A DNA stretch of 64,000 bases, from positions 1-64,000 of IMG/VR virus record IMGVR_UViG_3300032234_000392; one strand, 5' to 3'. The translations under genes were made by a program, and so were the position numbers. The stretch comes from a virus (lineage: Duplodnaviria > Caudoviricetes). The stretch's first letter is position 1. Every line of letters begins with the position of its first letter. Shown in pieces: positions 27,838 through 36,755 of this stretch. The notes under the pieces were generated by a model, which was not told the DNA's origin, did no database searches, and was given only the letters and a program-made list of their open reading frames with translations.

Positions 27838-28340
27838 TTATTATTTACGTGTTTTTCTAAACGATCGATACTGCCTTTCATATCTTCTTCGCCACGAGCG
27901 TGTCTAGCCTTCATTTCTTTCTCAGCAGCATCGTGTTTTTTTTCACGCTCGTCTGCGGCCTTGCGAAACTTTTCCAAAGCAGTTGCTTCGCCGGTAATAA
28001 TTTCTGTAGGAGCAATGGTAATAACACTAGGATCACGACCGTCTGCCTTAAACTTGGCCTTTAATTTATTTGCCACCGCTTCTGCATGATCGTCATTTTC
28101 AAAGTCTTTCCACTTCTTGCCCTTGATATAAACTGAATAAGGTGTGCGTGGCGTGCCTGTTCTTCGAGCAACCATTGCGTCACTCCACCCTTCCATAGGG
28201 ATTAAATCTTTTTTATGTTTAACGTCGCCTTGCTTTTCAGCACGCTTCATGTCTTTGTGTGCGCCAGCTCCCGCGGTCTTTTGATTTTTAACTACAAAAT
28301 TACGTGGCTTAGAGGCTGGTATAAATTCTTTAGCTTTCAT
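27834..28340 (-). CDS. Putative head internal protein
   Basis: Start reassigned to MKAKEFI; charged and modular. Confidence 0.55.
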   Translation of the reverse strand: MKAKEFIPASKPRNFVVKNQKTAGAGAHKDMKRAEKQGDVKHKKDLIPMEGWSDAMVARRTGTPRTPYSVYIKGKKWKDFENDDHAEAVANKLKAKFKADGRDPSVITIAPTEIITGEATALEKFRKAADEREKKHDAAEKEMKARHARGEEDMKGSIDRLEKHVNNK

Positions 28341-28923
28341 TAATTCCCATTCCTTGTCTAACTGCGGCAAACATTTTGCCAGCTATCTCTCCAGCACCAG
28401 TGGCTTCTTTAAATTCTTCTAAATTATTGTTAGCTGCGGCAGCACGAGCTTTACTTGCTGATACTCCGCTAACACCTTCGCTGTCTGGATCGCGTTCTCC
28501 AGCACTGACAAAATCTAACACGTCAAACTTGTAAAAACCGTGTGCTTTGCCTTCCATGCCGTTGTACTGTGACAATAGTTTTTTAAATGAATCTAATCTA
28601 TCTGAACCTGCTACAAATGTAGCATTACGATAACCTTGTTCATAAAGATACGAAGCAACTTTTACCACAGTATTCAATGCTGTGTTTTCTACTATAGAAT
28701 CAGCATATTGTGGATGTATAGCTCTGATAAATTTAATTTTATCTGAATAGCTTAGAGGATTATCTTTTTTATCCTGACTTTGACTGACGAAAATTTTATA
28801 GTCGCCGCCTTGACTAGCCATAGTTTTGAAAACTTGTTCGTGACCGATTGTAGGAGGATTCATCCTTCCAAAACAGAAAGTGACGTGTTTGCCTTCTTGT
28901 TCGAATAACTCGTTAAGAAGCAT
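28330..28923 (-). CDS. Cytidylyltransferase-like (HIGH-type) nucleotidyltransferase
   Basis: FGRMNPPTIGH, NPLSY, VAGSDR, VSASKAR. Confidence 0.8.
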   Translation of the reverse strand: MLLNELFEQEGKHVTFCFGRMNPPTIGHEQVFKTMASQGGDYKIFVSQSQDKKDNPLSYSDKIKFIRAIHPQYADSIVENTALNTVVKVASYLYEQGYRNATFVAGSDRLDSFKKLLSQYNGMEGKAHGFYKFDVLDFVSAGERDPDSEGVSGVSASKARAAAANNNLEEFKEATGAGEIAGKMFAAVRQGMGINES

Positions 28924-29251
28924 AGTCACCTTTTTCTAAAAACTTTGTTTGCTCTTCGGCAAATCTTTTAGCTAACTCAATGATTTTTTCTTTAGGAAAT
29001 TTTTCTGCACGATCTTCAATATCATATTTTTCACAATAATGATCTAGACAACGCTCAACTGGTCTAATGTAAACTTTAAAAACATTTGGATTACCGAGAT
29101 GCTCTTTGTGTCTCTTTACTGCAGGAAAGAAATATTGATTCAACATTTTATCATTGTTGTCAATAAAAAAATGAAGATCGTCTAACCAATCAACTTCACC
29201 TTGATCGTCTTTGGGAGCCCCAATAGGACTAAACATCTCGTGTAATAACAT
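28913..29251 (-). CDS. Hypothetical protein
   Basis: 112 aa; N-terminus MLLHEMF. Confidence 0.6.
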   Translation of the reverse strand: MLLHEMFSPIGAPKDDQGEVDWLDDLHFFIDNNDKMLNQYFFPAVKRHKEHLGNPNVFKVYIRPVERCLDHYCEKYDIEDRAEKFPKEKIIELAKRFAEEQTKFLEKGDYAS

Positions 29252-30363
29252 TACCAGCTCCTGCAGCTCCAGTACCTGGCTTTATGGCGAGGACCTGGGT
29301 TTTTACAATTATGTCTAGCACGGAAACTCTTTCTACGTGCCGGATTAGATTTTTTAATACGCATTTTCTTGTCGCCAAAGTTTACCTTGACAACACGACC
29401 TTGCGGATTCTTTACATATACTTTTGATTTCTTTACATCGCCTGGAAGTTTTTTACCTAACGGTACTTCCTTGCCTTGGTACTTGGCTTCGTCAACATCG
29501 AAGTCTTCAGCGTATTTGTTAGACTTCATGTAATCGCGGGCTGTGTCTAAGTAGTCCATGGCCTTGGTGATCTTAGCCTGCACCCACTCTGGAAGATTTT
29601 CATCAGCAGCGATAATACTGTATAATTCTTTGGCAGCATCATTTACGGTGCGTAATTGATCCTTGGCCATATCACCTTCACGATCATACTCGCCTACATT
29701 ATAATCTGCTTCTGGGTTCTCAGGACCGTGATCTTCTTTTTTATATTTGTCTTTGATTTTGCCTAGTTCTTCTTCTGAGGCACCGTCACGACCTGCTTGT
29801 GCAAGAGCAGCCATACCGTCTTTACCGTATTTCTTTTTACCGGTATAATATTGTAAACCGCTTTCTTCGATATCTTCACCAACCTTAACACAGTTGTCTA
29901 CACGCTTGCCACCTTTCATCTTGGTGCCCATGCGTTTGTATCCTTTCCAGCAGGCCTTACCATCTAAACCTTTTTGTTTTTCTTCGTTGACAACTTCACC
30001 TTCTAAGAATGTTAGACCTTCATTGGCCAACATTTCTAAGGCAACATCATCTAACTCAATAACAATACCGTCTTCTAGGATGTCTACAATTGTGGTAGAA
30101 ATTTCGTGATCTTCTGAAAAGCTAATGCCAAACTCGTCACCGATTTCAAACGATTCTGTAAATCCTTTTGCTTTGGCTTCTTTTTCAAGATCAGCTTTGC
30201 GTTGCATGATTGCTTGTTTAATTTCCGGATCGCTAGAATTAGGATCCATTTGTAGATCTTGTAGAGCTTTACGTTTAGCATCTAAGTCATCTTGACTTTG
30301 TAATGCTGTTTCGCTAACAATGCTGTCTAATTTTGATAAAAGGTCTCTCATAGTATCTCTCAT
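29251..30363 (-). CDS. Modular putative head internal polyprotein
   Basis: Acidic linkers separate modules (CWKGYK...NCV; EGDMAK...LPEWVQAKIT; basic C-terminal RKSFRARHNC...YWSC). Confidence 0.6.
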   Translation of the reverse strand: MRDTMRDLLSKLDSIVSETALQSQDDLDAKRKALQDLQMDPNSSDPEIKQAIMQRKADLEKEAKAKGFTESFEIGDEFGISFSEDHEISTTIVDILEDGIVIELDDVALEMLANEGLTFLEGEVVNEEKQKGLDGKACWKGYKRMGTKMKGGKRVDNCVKVGEDIEESGLQYYTGKKKYGKDGMAALAQAGRDGASEEELGKIKDKYKKEDHGPENPEADYNVGEYDREGDMAKDQLRTVNDAAKELYSIIAADENLPEWVQAKITKAMDYLDTARDYMKSNKYAEDFDVDEAKYQGKEVPLGKKLPGDVKKSKVYVKNPQGRVVKVNFGDKKMRIKKSNPARRKSFRARHNCKNPGPRHKARYWSCRSW

Positions 30364-30395
30364 AGATTGATACTATATTTATCGTTGATTACAAC

Positions 30396-30749
30396 TTAGT
30401 GATTATAACGGATTTCGGTAATAGTGCCGTTCTGCACGTTGTATGCAGCACGTATATACACAAACTTACCAATAAATGTGCGAGTTTCGTCGTTGGTTAA
30501 AGCAGAACTATCTTCTACAGTGATAGTAGTTCCGTCAATATCTACCCAGTCTGTATCATTAGGATATAATTCTAAGGTTCCCTGTATTTTAACAGTGCCT
30601 ACAAAATTATTAAATTGAAATACTGCGGTATGTACACCGTTATTACTTTTGTGATAGCCAGCACCTTTACGCTTTTCTCCATATGAAAAACCTGCAGTAG
30701 CAGCTTCTGTAGATATGTTTTCTAATAATACGATAGTTTCTATGGACAT
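30396..30749 (-). CDS. Hypothetical beta-rich protein (likely virion)
   Basis: 117 aa; TAAATA 4 nt upstream. Confidence 0.6.
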   Translation of the reverse strand: MSIETIVLLENISTEAATAGFSYGEKRKGAGYHKSNNGVHTAVFQFNNFVGTVKIQGTLELYPNDTDWVDIDGTTITVEDSSALTNDETRTFIGKFVYIRAAYNVQNGTITEIRYNH

Positions 30750-30752
30750 CTC

Positions 30753-31433
30753 TTATTTATCGCTTAATACATAATTGTAAATTCGGCCTACTACTTCAGA
30801 ATTACGCAATTTAAGCATCAATAGCATTGATTCGTTTTCTACTAGGATATATCTACGATCCCAATTCCAGTCAGTTCGAATAAACCAATTTTCTACAGCA
30901 GGAGTACAAGTAACTTGTTTGCCTTGATTTTTTAACCAATCGACATATCGTTGTTTGCCCTCTCGATCACCTGCCATTTTATGGGGTAATAGATAGACTT
31001 TGTATTGATATCTGTTGTGCGGCAGTTTTTTAACAGCCACAGAAGATGCAGAACTGGTCAGTAAATCAACAGTAGCAGGATCCGGTTCAAATTGATGAAC
31101 TACAATGTCTTGGAATTCTTGAGATAAATCTTGATAAAACGTAGGATCGTTAGTATATAAATCTAGATTACTGTTTTCAATACGTTTAGTCCAGATTTTG
31201 CTATCATATTTTTCTAACACTTCACAAAGTCTAAGAATATTTTCTCGATTATTATAGGCTCGTTGATGTGTAGAGTATGGTCGTACTGTTGAAGCATCGC
31301 TTTGACACAACTCTTTAATATAGTCAAAATTATAATTTCGAAAGATCACACAGCCTGCTTGTCGCAGACTGATCTTATACAACCATTTGCCGTAGAACTT
31401 TCTACTGGTTAGTTTGATTTTCTGTGATGTCAT
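30753..31433 (-). CDS. Hypothetical protein
   Basis: 226 aa ORF. Confidence 0.65.
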   Translation of the reverse strand: MTSQKIKLTSRKFYGKWLYKISLRQAGCVIFRNYNFDYIKELCQSDASTVRPYSTHQRAYNNRENILRLCEVLEKYDSKIWTKRIENSNLDLYTNDPTFYQDLSQEFQDIVVHQFEPDPATVDLLTSSASSVAVKKLPHNRYQYKVYLLPHKMAGDREGKQRYVDWLKNQGKQVTCTPAVENWFIRTDWNWDRRYILVENESMLLMLKLRNSEVVGRIYNYVLSDK

Positions 31434-33750
31434 CTGTTTTTTCTGCAGCTCGCTGAGCTCGTAATACTTTTTTTTCTTCTTTAGTCAAAGGTTTAGGAAT
31501 TTCAGTGACTGTAAATGTTAAATCATTATCTGCAATATCTATATTAACACGACCACCGTCGACTAAATCACCAAATAGTACTCTGCGACTCAGCGGGCTT
31601 TTAATCTTATTATCGATTAATCGTGCTAACGGTCTTGCGCCCATCTTACGATCGTAGCCTTTATCAGCTAACCATTTGGCTGCTGCATTGTTTAATACTA
31701 TTTCAATGCCTTTGTCTTTAAGCTGTGTGTTTAGTTCTCCTACAAATTTCTTAACAATTTGTATAACAGTGTTTTGATCAAGACTTGAAAACTTAATAAC
31801 AGCATCTAAACGATTTCGAAATTCCGGAGCAAAAAACTTTTTAACTGCTTTGTCATCTTCTCCATCTTTGGCTAAATCTCCAAATCCAATCGTGTTGTTT
31901 TCGTTATCACGAGCACCTAGGTTCGAAGTCATTAACAAAATAGTATTGCGACCGTCAGCCTGTTTGCCATTAGATCCAGTGATAAATCCGTTGTCCATGA
32001 ATGCCAATAAGATATTCATAACATCGGGATGTGCTTTTTCAACTTCGTCTAACAACAAGATAGCATTTGGATGTTCTTGTAGTTTAGTAATTAATTGACC
32101 TGCATTATCTTCATAGCCCACATATCCCGGAGGAGCACCAATTAATCGAGCAACACTATGTTTCTCTTGATATTCGCCCATATCAAAACGTATCAACTCC
32201 ATGCTCATTCTGTCAGCTAATGCCCGAGCGGTTTCTGTTTTGCCTGTACCGGTTGGTCCTAGGAACAAGAAGCTACCAATAGGTTTATTAGGATGTTTCA
32301 TTCCAGCCTGTGCCACAAAGATTTTATCAAGTAGAGTCTCAACAGCTTTATCTTGTCCGTATACTGCAGATTTCATTCCACCTTCGAGATCAGCTAAGTT
32401 TTTACTTTCTTTCTGAGCTACAGTTTCTAAAGGCATGTTAATCATCTTAGACAGTTCATAGGTGACTTGTTCAATGTCTACAATCTGTTCAACGCCCTCC
32501 ATACCTTCGTCGTCTTTTAACTTATAACGAGCGGCAGCACAATCTAAAATATCAATAGCTTTATCCGGCAGTTTTTTATCCGCCATATACTTAACACTTA
32601 GTTTAACTGCTTGATCAATAGCTGCATCTGAAATTTTAACATTATGATGTTTTTCATAATACTTTTTAATACCCTTGAGAATCTTAACACTCATTTCAGC
32701 ACTAGGTTCATCGATAGTCACACGTTGGAATCGACGCATTAAAGCACGATCGCTTTCAAAGTGTTTGCGATATTCTTCCCAGGTAGTTGACGCCATTAGT
32801 TTAATAATACCCTTGGTAAGAATAGGCTTAAGCATATTGCTCATATCGTTTGAGCTTTGACTTGAAGCACCTGCACCCTGCATCATATGAGCTTCGTCAA
32901 TGAAAAGAATAATCTTGCCTTTCTTTTCTAATGCAGTCAACACAGCCTTAAGACGTTCTTCAAAGTCACCTCGATATTTACTACCGGCAAGCAAAGCACT
33001 GATGTCTAAGGTGTAGACCTGGTGATCTTGAATAAACTTAGGAACTTTCTTTTCAAAAATCTTTCGAGCAAGCCCTTCTGCAATAGCTGTCTTACCAACA
33101 CCAGGATCACCAACCATAAGCACGTTGCACTTGTTGCGACGAGCAAGTACCAGTTGAATTTTTTCGATCTCGTCGTCACGTCCGATAACAGGATCTATAG
33201 TTCTTTGTTTTGCTTTTAATGATAAATTAGTACAGAATTGATTCAAAATACGATCCGTTTGGCCAGAGTTAACAACACGATGCTCTTCAGCATCCTCAAC
33301 TTCTTCAGTTACAACATGTTCTTGAAAATACTTGACAAATTTTTCTTTGGTCACTCCGCCCTTTTGCAAAAAGTAAAATCCAAAGCTGTTCTTTTCTGAC
33401 AGTACACTAATAACAACATCAGCAACTTCCATGCGCTGACGACCACTAAACAGCACTTGTGTAAAGCACCGATTAAGCACACGTTCAACTGAATTGGTTT
33501 TTTTAGGTTTAAATCCTGCTGCAGGTTTTTCAATCTTAATATCGTTGAGATTGTTTTTTAGATAATGTTCTAGATTGGCTTTGATAAATTTAGCATCCGC
33601 CCCAAAACTTTCTAGTAGAGTGTACGAATCAGTGTCACAGAGAATACCATAGACAATATGTTCTATAGTAATATACTCATGATGAAGTTCTTTGGCAGTG
33701 TTTACAGAACTTTCAAAAATGTCCTGTAGGCTTTGGCTTGGTTCAATCAT
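31402..33750 (-). CDS. clpA: ATP-dependent Clp protease ATPase subunit ClpA
   Basis: Clp N-domain; Walker A GDPGVGKT and GPTGTGKT; KYRGDFEER; GAPPGYVGY; IGF loop; no ClpB middle domain. Confidence 0.92.
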   Translation of the reverse strand: MIEPSQSLQDIFESSVNTAKELHHEYITIEHIVYGILCDTDSYTLLESFGADAKFIKANLEHYLKNNLNDIKIEKPAAGFKPKKTNSVERVLNRCFTQVLFSGRQRMEVADVVISVLSEKNSFGFYFLQKGGVTKEKFVKYFQEHVVTEEVEDAEEHRVVNSGQTDRILNQFCTNLSLKAKQRTIDPVIGRDDEIEKIQLVLARRNKCNVLMVGDPGVGKTAIAEGLARKIFEKKVPKFIQDHQVYTLDISALLAGSKYRGDFEERLKAVLTALEKKGKIILFIDEAHMMQGAGASSQSSNDMSNMLKPILTKGIIKLMASTTWEEYRKHFESDRALMRRFQRVTIDEPSAEMSVKILKGIKKYYEKHHNVKISDAAIDQAVKLSVKYMADKKLPDKAIDILDCAAARYKLKDDEGMEGVEQIVDIEQVTYELSKMINMPLETVAQKESKNLADLEGGMKSAVYGQDKAVETLLDKIFVAQAGMKHPNKPIGSFLFLGPTGTGKTETARALADRMSMELIRFDMGEYQEKHSVARLIGAPPGYVGYEDNAGQLITKLQEHPNAILLLDEVEKAHPDVMNILLAFMDNGFITGSNGKQADGRNTILLMTSNLGARDNENNTIGFGDLAKDGEDDKAVKKFFAPEFRNRLDAVIKFSSLDQNTVIQIVKKFVGELNTQLKDKGIEIVLNNAAAKWLADKGYDRKMGARPLARLIDNKIKSPLSRRVLFGDLVDGGRVNIDIADNDLTFTVTEIPKPLTKEEKKVLRAQRAAEKTDDITENQTNQ

Positions 33751-34244
33751 TATTTTATTTTCCTAAGTTTCTTCATAGCTAAGTTTAACTTCAACGGTGA
33801 TACTTTGTCAACAAAACATATACCATCTAAATGATCTAGCTCGTGTTGAAAACATTTAGCTAGATATCCTTCAAATCGTGCTTCGATTGTATCTCCTCTT
33901 GTATTTTGATATTCTGCAACAATCCAGCTAGGTCTTTTTACAGTTAAGAACAATCCAGGATAGCTTAGACACCCTTCTTGATCTAATATTATTTCTGTGC
34001 TGGCTTCTACAATCCGAGGATTGAATACGGCAAATGGTGCAGGAAATCCTGGTATATTATTACTGCCCATAACAAAAACTCGTTTGACTATGTTAATTTG
34101 ATTTGCGGCTAGTCCGATGCCGTTGCTGGCAATCATAAATTCACACATTTCTTTTTCAAGAGATTCGCCATTGCCGTCTAGTAAAAAGTCCCATGGTTCA
34201 CTTTTTTGAACTAGGGCATCGTGCGGCCCAAGTTTAAATTCCAT
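33750..34244 (-). CDS. def: Peptide deformylase
   Basis: GIGLAANQ, EGCLS, QHELDH. Confidence 0.95.
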   Translation of the reverse strand: MEFKLGPHDALVQKSEPWDFLLDGNGESLEKEMCEFMIASNGIGLAANQINIVKRVFVMGSNNIPGFPAPFAVFNPRIVEASTEIILDQEGCLSYPGLFLTVKRPSWIVAEYQNTRGDTIEARFEGYLAKCFQHELDHLDGICFVDKVSPLKLNLAMKKLRKIK

Positions 34245-35073
34245 GATTTTTAAATTCTTGAATTAATTCTAGTTGTTTAGGGCTAAGATTCTTTGGAATT
34301 TTAACTTTGATCTTTATTAATAAATTTCCTCTTTGACGTGTTCGCATGTGAGGTAATCCTTCTCCTTTACAACTAAAAACAGTTTCCGGTTGAGTTCCTG
34401 GGGGAATGTTTATAGACAGTGTTTTATTATCTAGAGTTTTTATTTCTAAAAATGAACCCAGAATAGCATCGTACACTGGAACTTCTTTTTCTAAAATTAA
34501 ACTTGTGCCTTCTCTTCTAAATGTTGGATGAGGTTTAATAATAACATTGACTATTAAGTCACCTGGACGTAAATTAGGAATAGAGTTGTCGCCCATCCCC
34601 TCATATCTAATTTGTTGACCGTTTTCGATACCGGGAGGAATAGCAATATTAATTATTTTATTTTTTCCTCCTGGTATACCTATTTCAGCATTGATGTCTT
34701 TGCCATTGAGAATATCTTCTAATGAAATTTCTACGTTGATATTTAGAGATTTGTTACGTCTTTGAGGTTGACTTCCAAATCCTCCAAATCCAAAATTGCC
34801 AAATATATCATTTATGTTACCGGTGTTAAAATGAAATTCAAACGGACTTTGGCCAAATCCAGCGCCGGGCTGAGCATTAGGATCACCGCCCATGTCTATA
34901 ATATGTTTTTTATCTGGGTCTGTTAATGCTTCGTAGGCTGTGGAAATTTCTTTAAATTTATTTTGATCACCACCGCGATCAGGGTGATGTTTCATAGCCA
35001 TGCTGCGATAAGCCTTTTTGATTTCGGCATCGCTAGCACCTCGTTTTAAACCTAGTGTAGAGTAATAATCCAT
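34234..35073 (-). CDS. dnaJ: DnaJ-class chaperone (no zinc finger; CbpA-like)
   Basis: J-domain with HPD, G/F-rich linker, C-terminal domain. Confidence 0.9.
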   Translation of the reverse strand: MDYYSTLGLKRGASDAEIKKAYRSMAMKHHPDRGGDQNKFKEISTAYEALTDPDKKHIIDMGGDPNAQPGAGFGQSPFEFHFNTGNINDIFGNFGFGGFGSQPQRRNKSLNINVEISLEDILNGKDINAEIGIPGGKNKIINIAIPPGIENGQQIRYEGMGDNSIPNLRPGDLIVNVIIKPHPTFRREGTSLILEKEVPVYDAILGSFLEIKTLDNKTLSINIPPGTQPETVFSCKGEGLPHMRTRQRGNLLIKIKVKIPKNLSPKQLELIQEFKNHGI

Positions 35074-35078
35074 AGTAT

Positions 35079-35107
35079 ATTATATAATAAAAAAAGGACT
35101 ACGTCAA
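35079..35107 (-). promoter_or_regulatory. Consensus sigma70 promoter for dnaJ-def-clpA (leaderless)
   Basis: TTGACG-17 nt-TATAAT, 5 nt before the ATG. Confidence 0.75.
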
Positions 35108-35118
35108 GCAGTCCTTTT
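35089..35118 (-). terminator. Intrinsic terminator of the lysis operon
   Basis: Minus strand AAAAGGACTGC-TTGAC-GTAGTCCTTTTTTT. Confidence 0.75.
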
Positions 35119-35142
35119 ATTTAATACAGATTTACTGAGCTA

Positions 35143-35373
35143 TTATTTTTTCTTAGCGTCTTCGATCTTTGTACCTTCATGCTTTTGACGAACTTTTACT
35201 TTGGTACAGTTTTGTTTTGGCTTATTGGTTTTAGGATCGATTACTGCTTTACCGTCTTTACCTTGCACATCAACACAAACTGTTTTAATTTCTGGTGCTT
35301 TCTTTTCTTCAGCAGCATAAGCAGTACCTGTGGCTAAAAATCCTGCAATAATTAATGATGATAAAAATTTCAT
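35143..35373 (-). CDS. Small secreted/periplasmic protein
   Basis: Signal peptide ending AYA; two Cys. Confidence 0.65.
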   Translation of the reverse strand: MKFLSSLIIAGFLATGTAYAAEEKKAPEIKTVCVDVQGKDGKAVIDPKTNKPKQNCTKVKVRQKHEGTKIEDAKKK

Positions 35374-35384
35374 TTTAAAGTTCC

Positions 35385-35873
35385 TTATAGTTCTGGTTGA
35401 TCAGGCTGCATTGGCATAGGTTTACCTGTGCTGCTTGTTGTTGGTGCTGCCGCAAACGGACTTGCTGCTGGAGCCGGTGCACTAAAACTTGGTGTAGGTT
35501 TTGGTGCTGAGAAACTTGGAGCAGGTGCTGCCATTGGTGCCGGCGGTGTATAAGTTGTTCCAACTTGAGCTCCACCGTTATTTGCACCGCCTAACTTCTC
35601 TTGTGTACGACCAAATGCCGCAATACCTAGCACAGCACCCATAGCAATATGGAATAATCCTGCACCTTGTAGAGTAATTGGTTGCCATTGTGTATGAACT
35701 TGTCCACCACCAATAGCCTGTATCATACTCCATAATATTGGAAATAATACAAAGTCTGCCATACAGACAATCATATACATCCAACCCATCATTGGACGCC
35801 ATTTACTGTTCATCCAATCTTCTTTTTTCTTTTCGCTTTCGCTCATCTCAGCATAGCTTTTTTGTTCGCTCAC
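35385..35873 (-). CDS. Putative holin-like membrane protein
   Basis: WRPMMGW, two TM segments, Pro/Ala-rich tail; in the lysis cassette. Confidence 0.55.
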   Translation of the reverse strand: MSEQKSYAEMSESEKKKEDWMNSKWRPMMGWMYMIVCMADFVLFPILWSMIQAIGGGQVHTQWQPITLQGAGLFHIAMGAVLGIAAFGRTQEKLGGANNGGAQVGTTYTPPAPMAAPAPSFSAPKPTPSFSAPAPAASPFAAAPTTSSTGKPMPMQPDQPEL

Positions 35874-35883
35874 GTTCCGCTCC

Positions 35884-36000
35884 TTACTTTTTAGAAATCA
35901 TAGTTTGAATCTTTCCCTGAATAATCTTAGCCCAGAATGGCTGTGGAAAATTCCAACCTACAAATGCTCCTACTGCTACCCAAAATAATGTATCTAACAT
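35884..36000 (-). CDS. Small membrane peptide, 38 aa (MLDTLFWVAVGAFVGWNFPQPFWAK...), not in the ORF track
   Basis: AGGAG SD; single TM helix. Confidence 0.6.
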   Translation of the reverse strand: MLDTLFWVAVGAFVGWNFPQPFWAKIIQGKIQTMISKK

Positions 36001-36026
36001 GCTGTCGCTCCTAGTTATGTGTACTA

Positions 36027-36287
36027 CTATTTAACTGCTTTGTCAAAAATCTCTTTCTGTTCTTTATGCCATTGTAACCAAGCATCTACTTTTACACGGC
36101 ATTCGTAATAGGTGCTGTAATTAACTACTACAACATCTAATAATTTGCTTAATTCTTGCGTATTTTGTACAGCTTCTTTTAATTCTGGACAGGCTGTTTT
36201 TAACTCTGGCGGAATATCGGGAAACTTGGGTGCTGTTGTTAAACAACCAGTTAAAAACAATGCAGGTACTATTGCTAATAATCTCAT
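36027..36287 (-). CDS. Outer-membrane spanin (o-spanin) lipoprotein
   Basis: Lipobox LTGC, Pro-rich segment, follows the i-spanin. Confidence 0.75.
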   Translation of the reverse strand: MRLLAIVPALFLTGCLTTAPKFPDIPPELKTACPELKEAVQNTQELSKLLDVVVVNYSTYYECRVKVDAWLQWHKEQKEIFDKAVK

Positions 36288-36754
36288 TGTTTTTTCTCCA
36301 ACGATTTATTTTTGGCAGCGGCATTATGAATATCTATAGCTTCTGGGGCTACCTTGCATTCTTTATCCATAATTACCGCAACTTCTTTAATACGATCACG
36401 ATAGACAATGGTATTTTCTTTAACTACTCGTTGCTTCTTTTTAATTTCAGCATCTAGTTTTACATTGGCTTCTTTAGCCTGTTGTTCAGCTAATGCTGCT
36501 TTTTCCTGAGCTACTCGAATTTTGTCTCGCCAACTGGCTTCAACATCGTAGCCACCTTTGAAATAGATACCTGCTACAAGCAACGCAGCACTTACTACTT
36601 GAATTAACAAATAATAAGGAGCAAGTGCTGGAATTTTGTTTAGTAGTCTATGTAATACAAAAAATGAAAGAAAGCTACCAACCGCACCGATAACTAGAAT
36701 AGTATTAACTATCCAAATTAATAAACTGTCAGGTACGAATGATAACATCCACAT
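36284..36754 (-). CDS. Inner-membrane spanin (i-spanin)
   Basis: N-terminal TM segments then coiled coil; lies between endolysin and lipoprotein. Confidence 0.7.
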   Translation of the reverse strand: MWMLSFVPDSLLIWIVNTILVIGAVGSFLSFFVLHRLLNKIPALAPYYLLIQVVSAALLVAGIYFKGGYDVEASWRDKIRVAQEKAALAEQQAKEANVKLDAEIKKKQRVVKENTIVYRDRIKEVAVIMDKECKVAPEAIDIHNAAAKNKSLEKKQ

Positions 36755-36755
36755 A

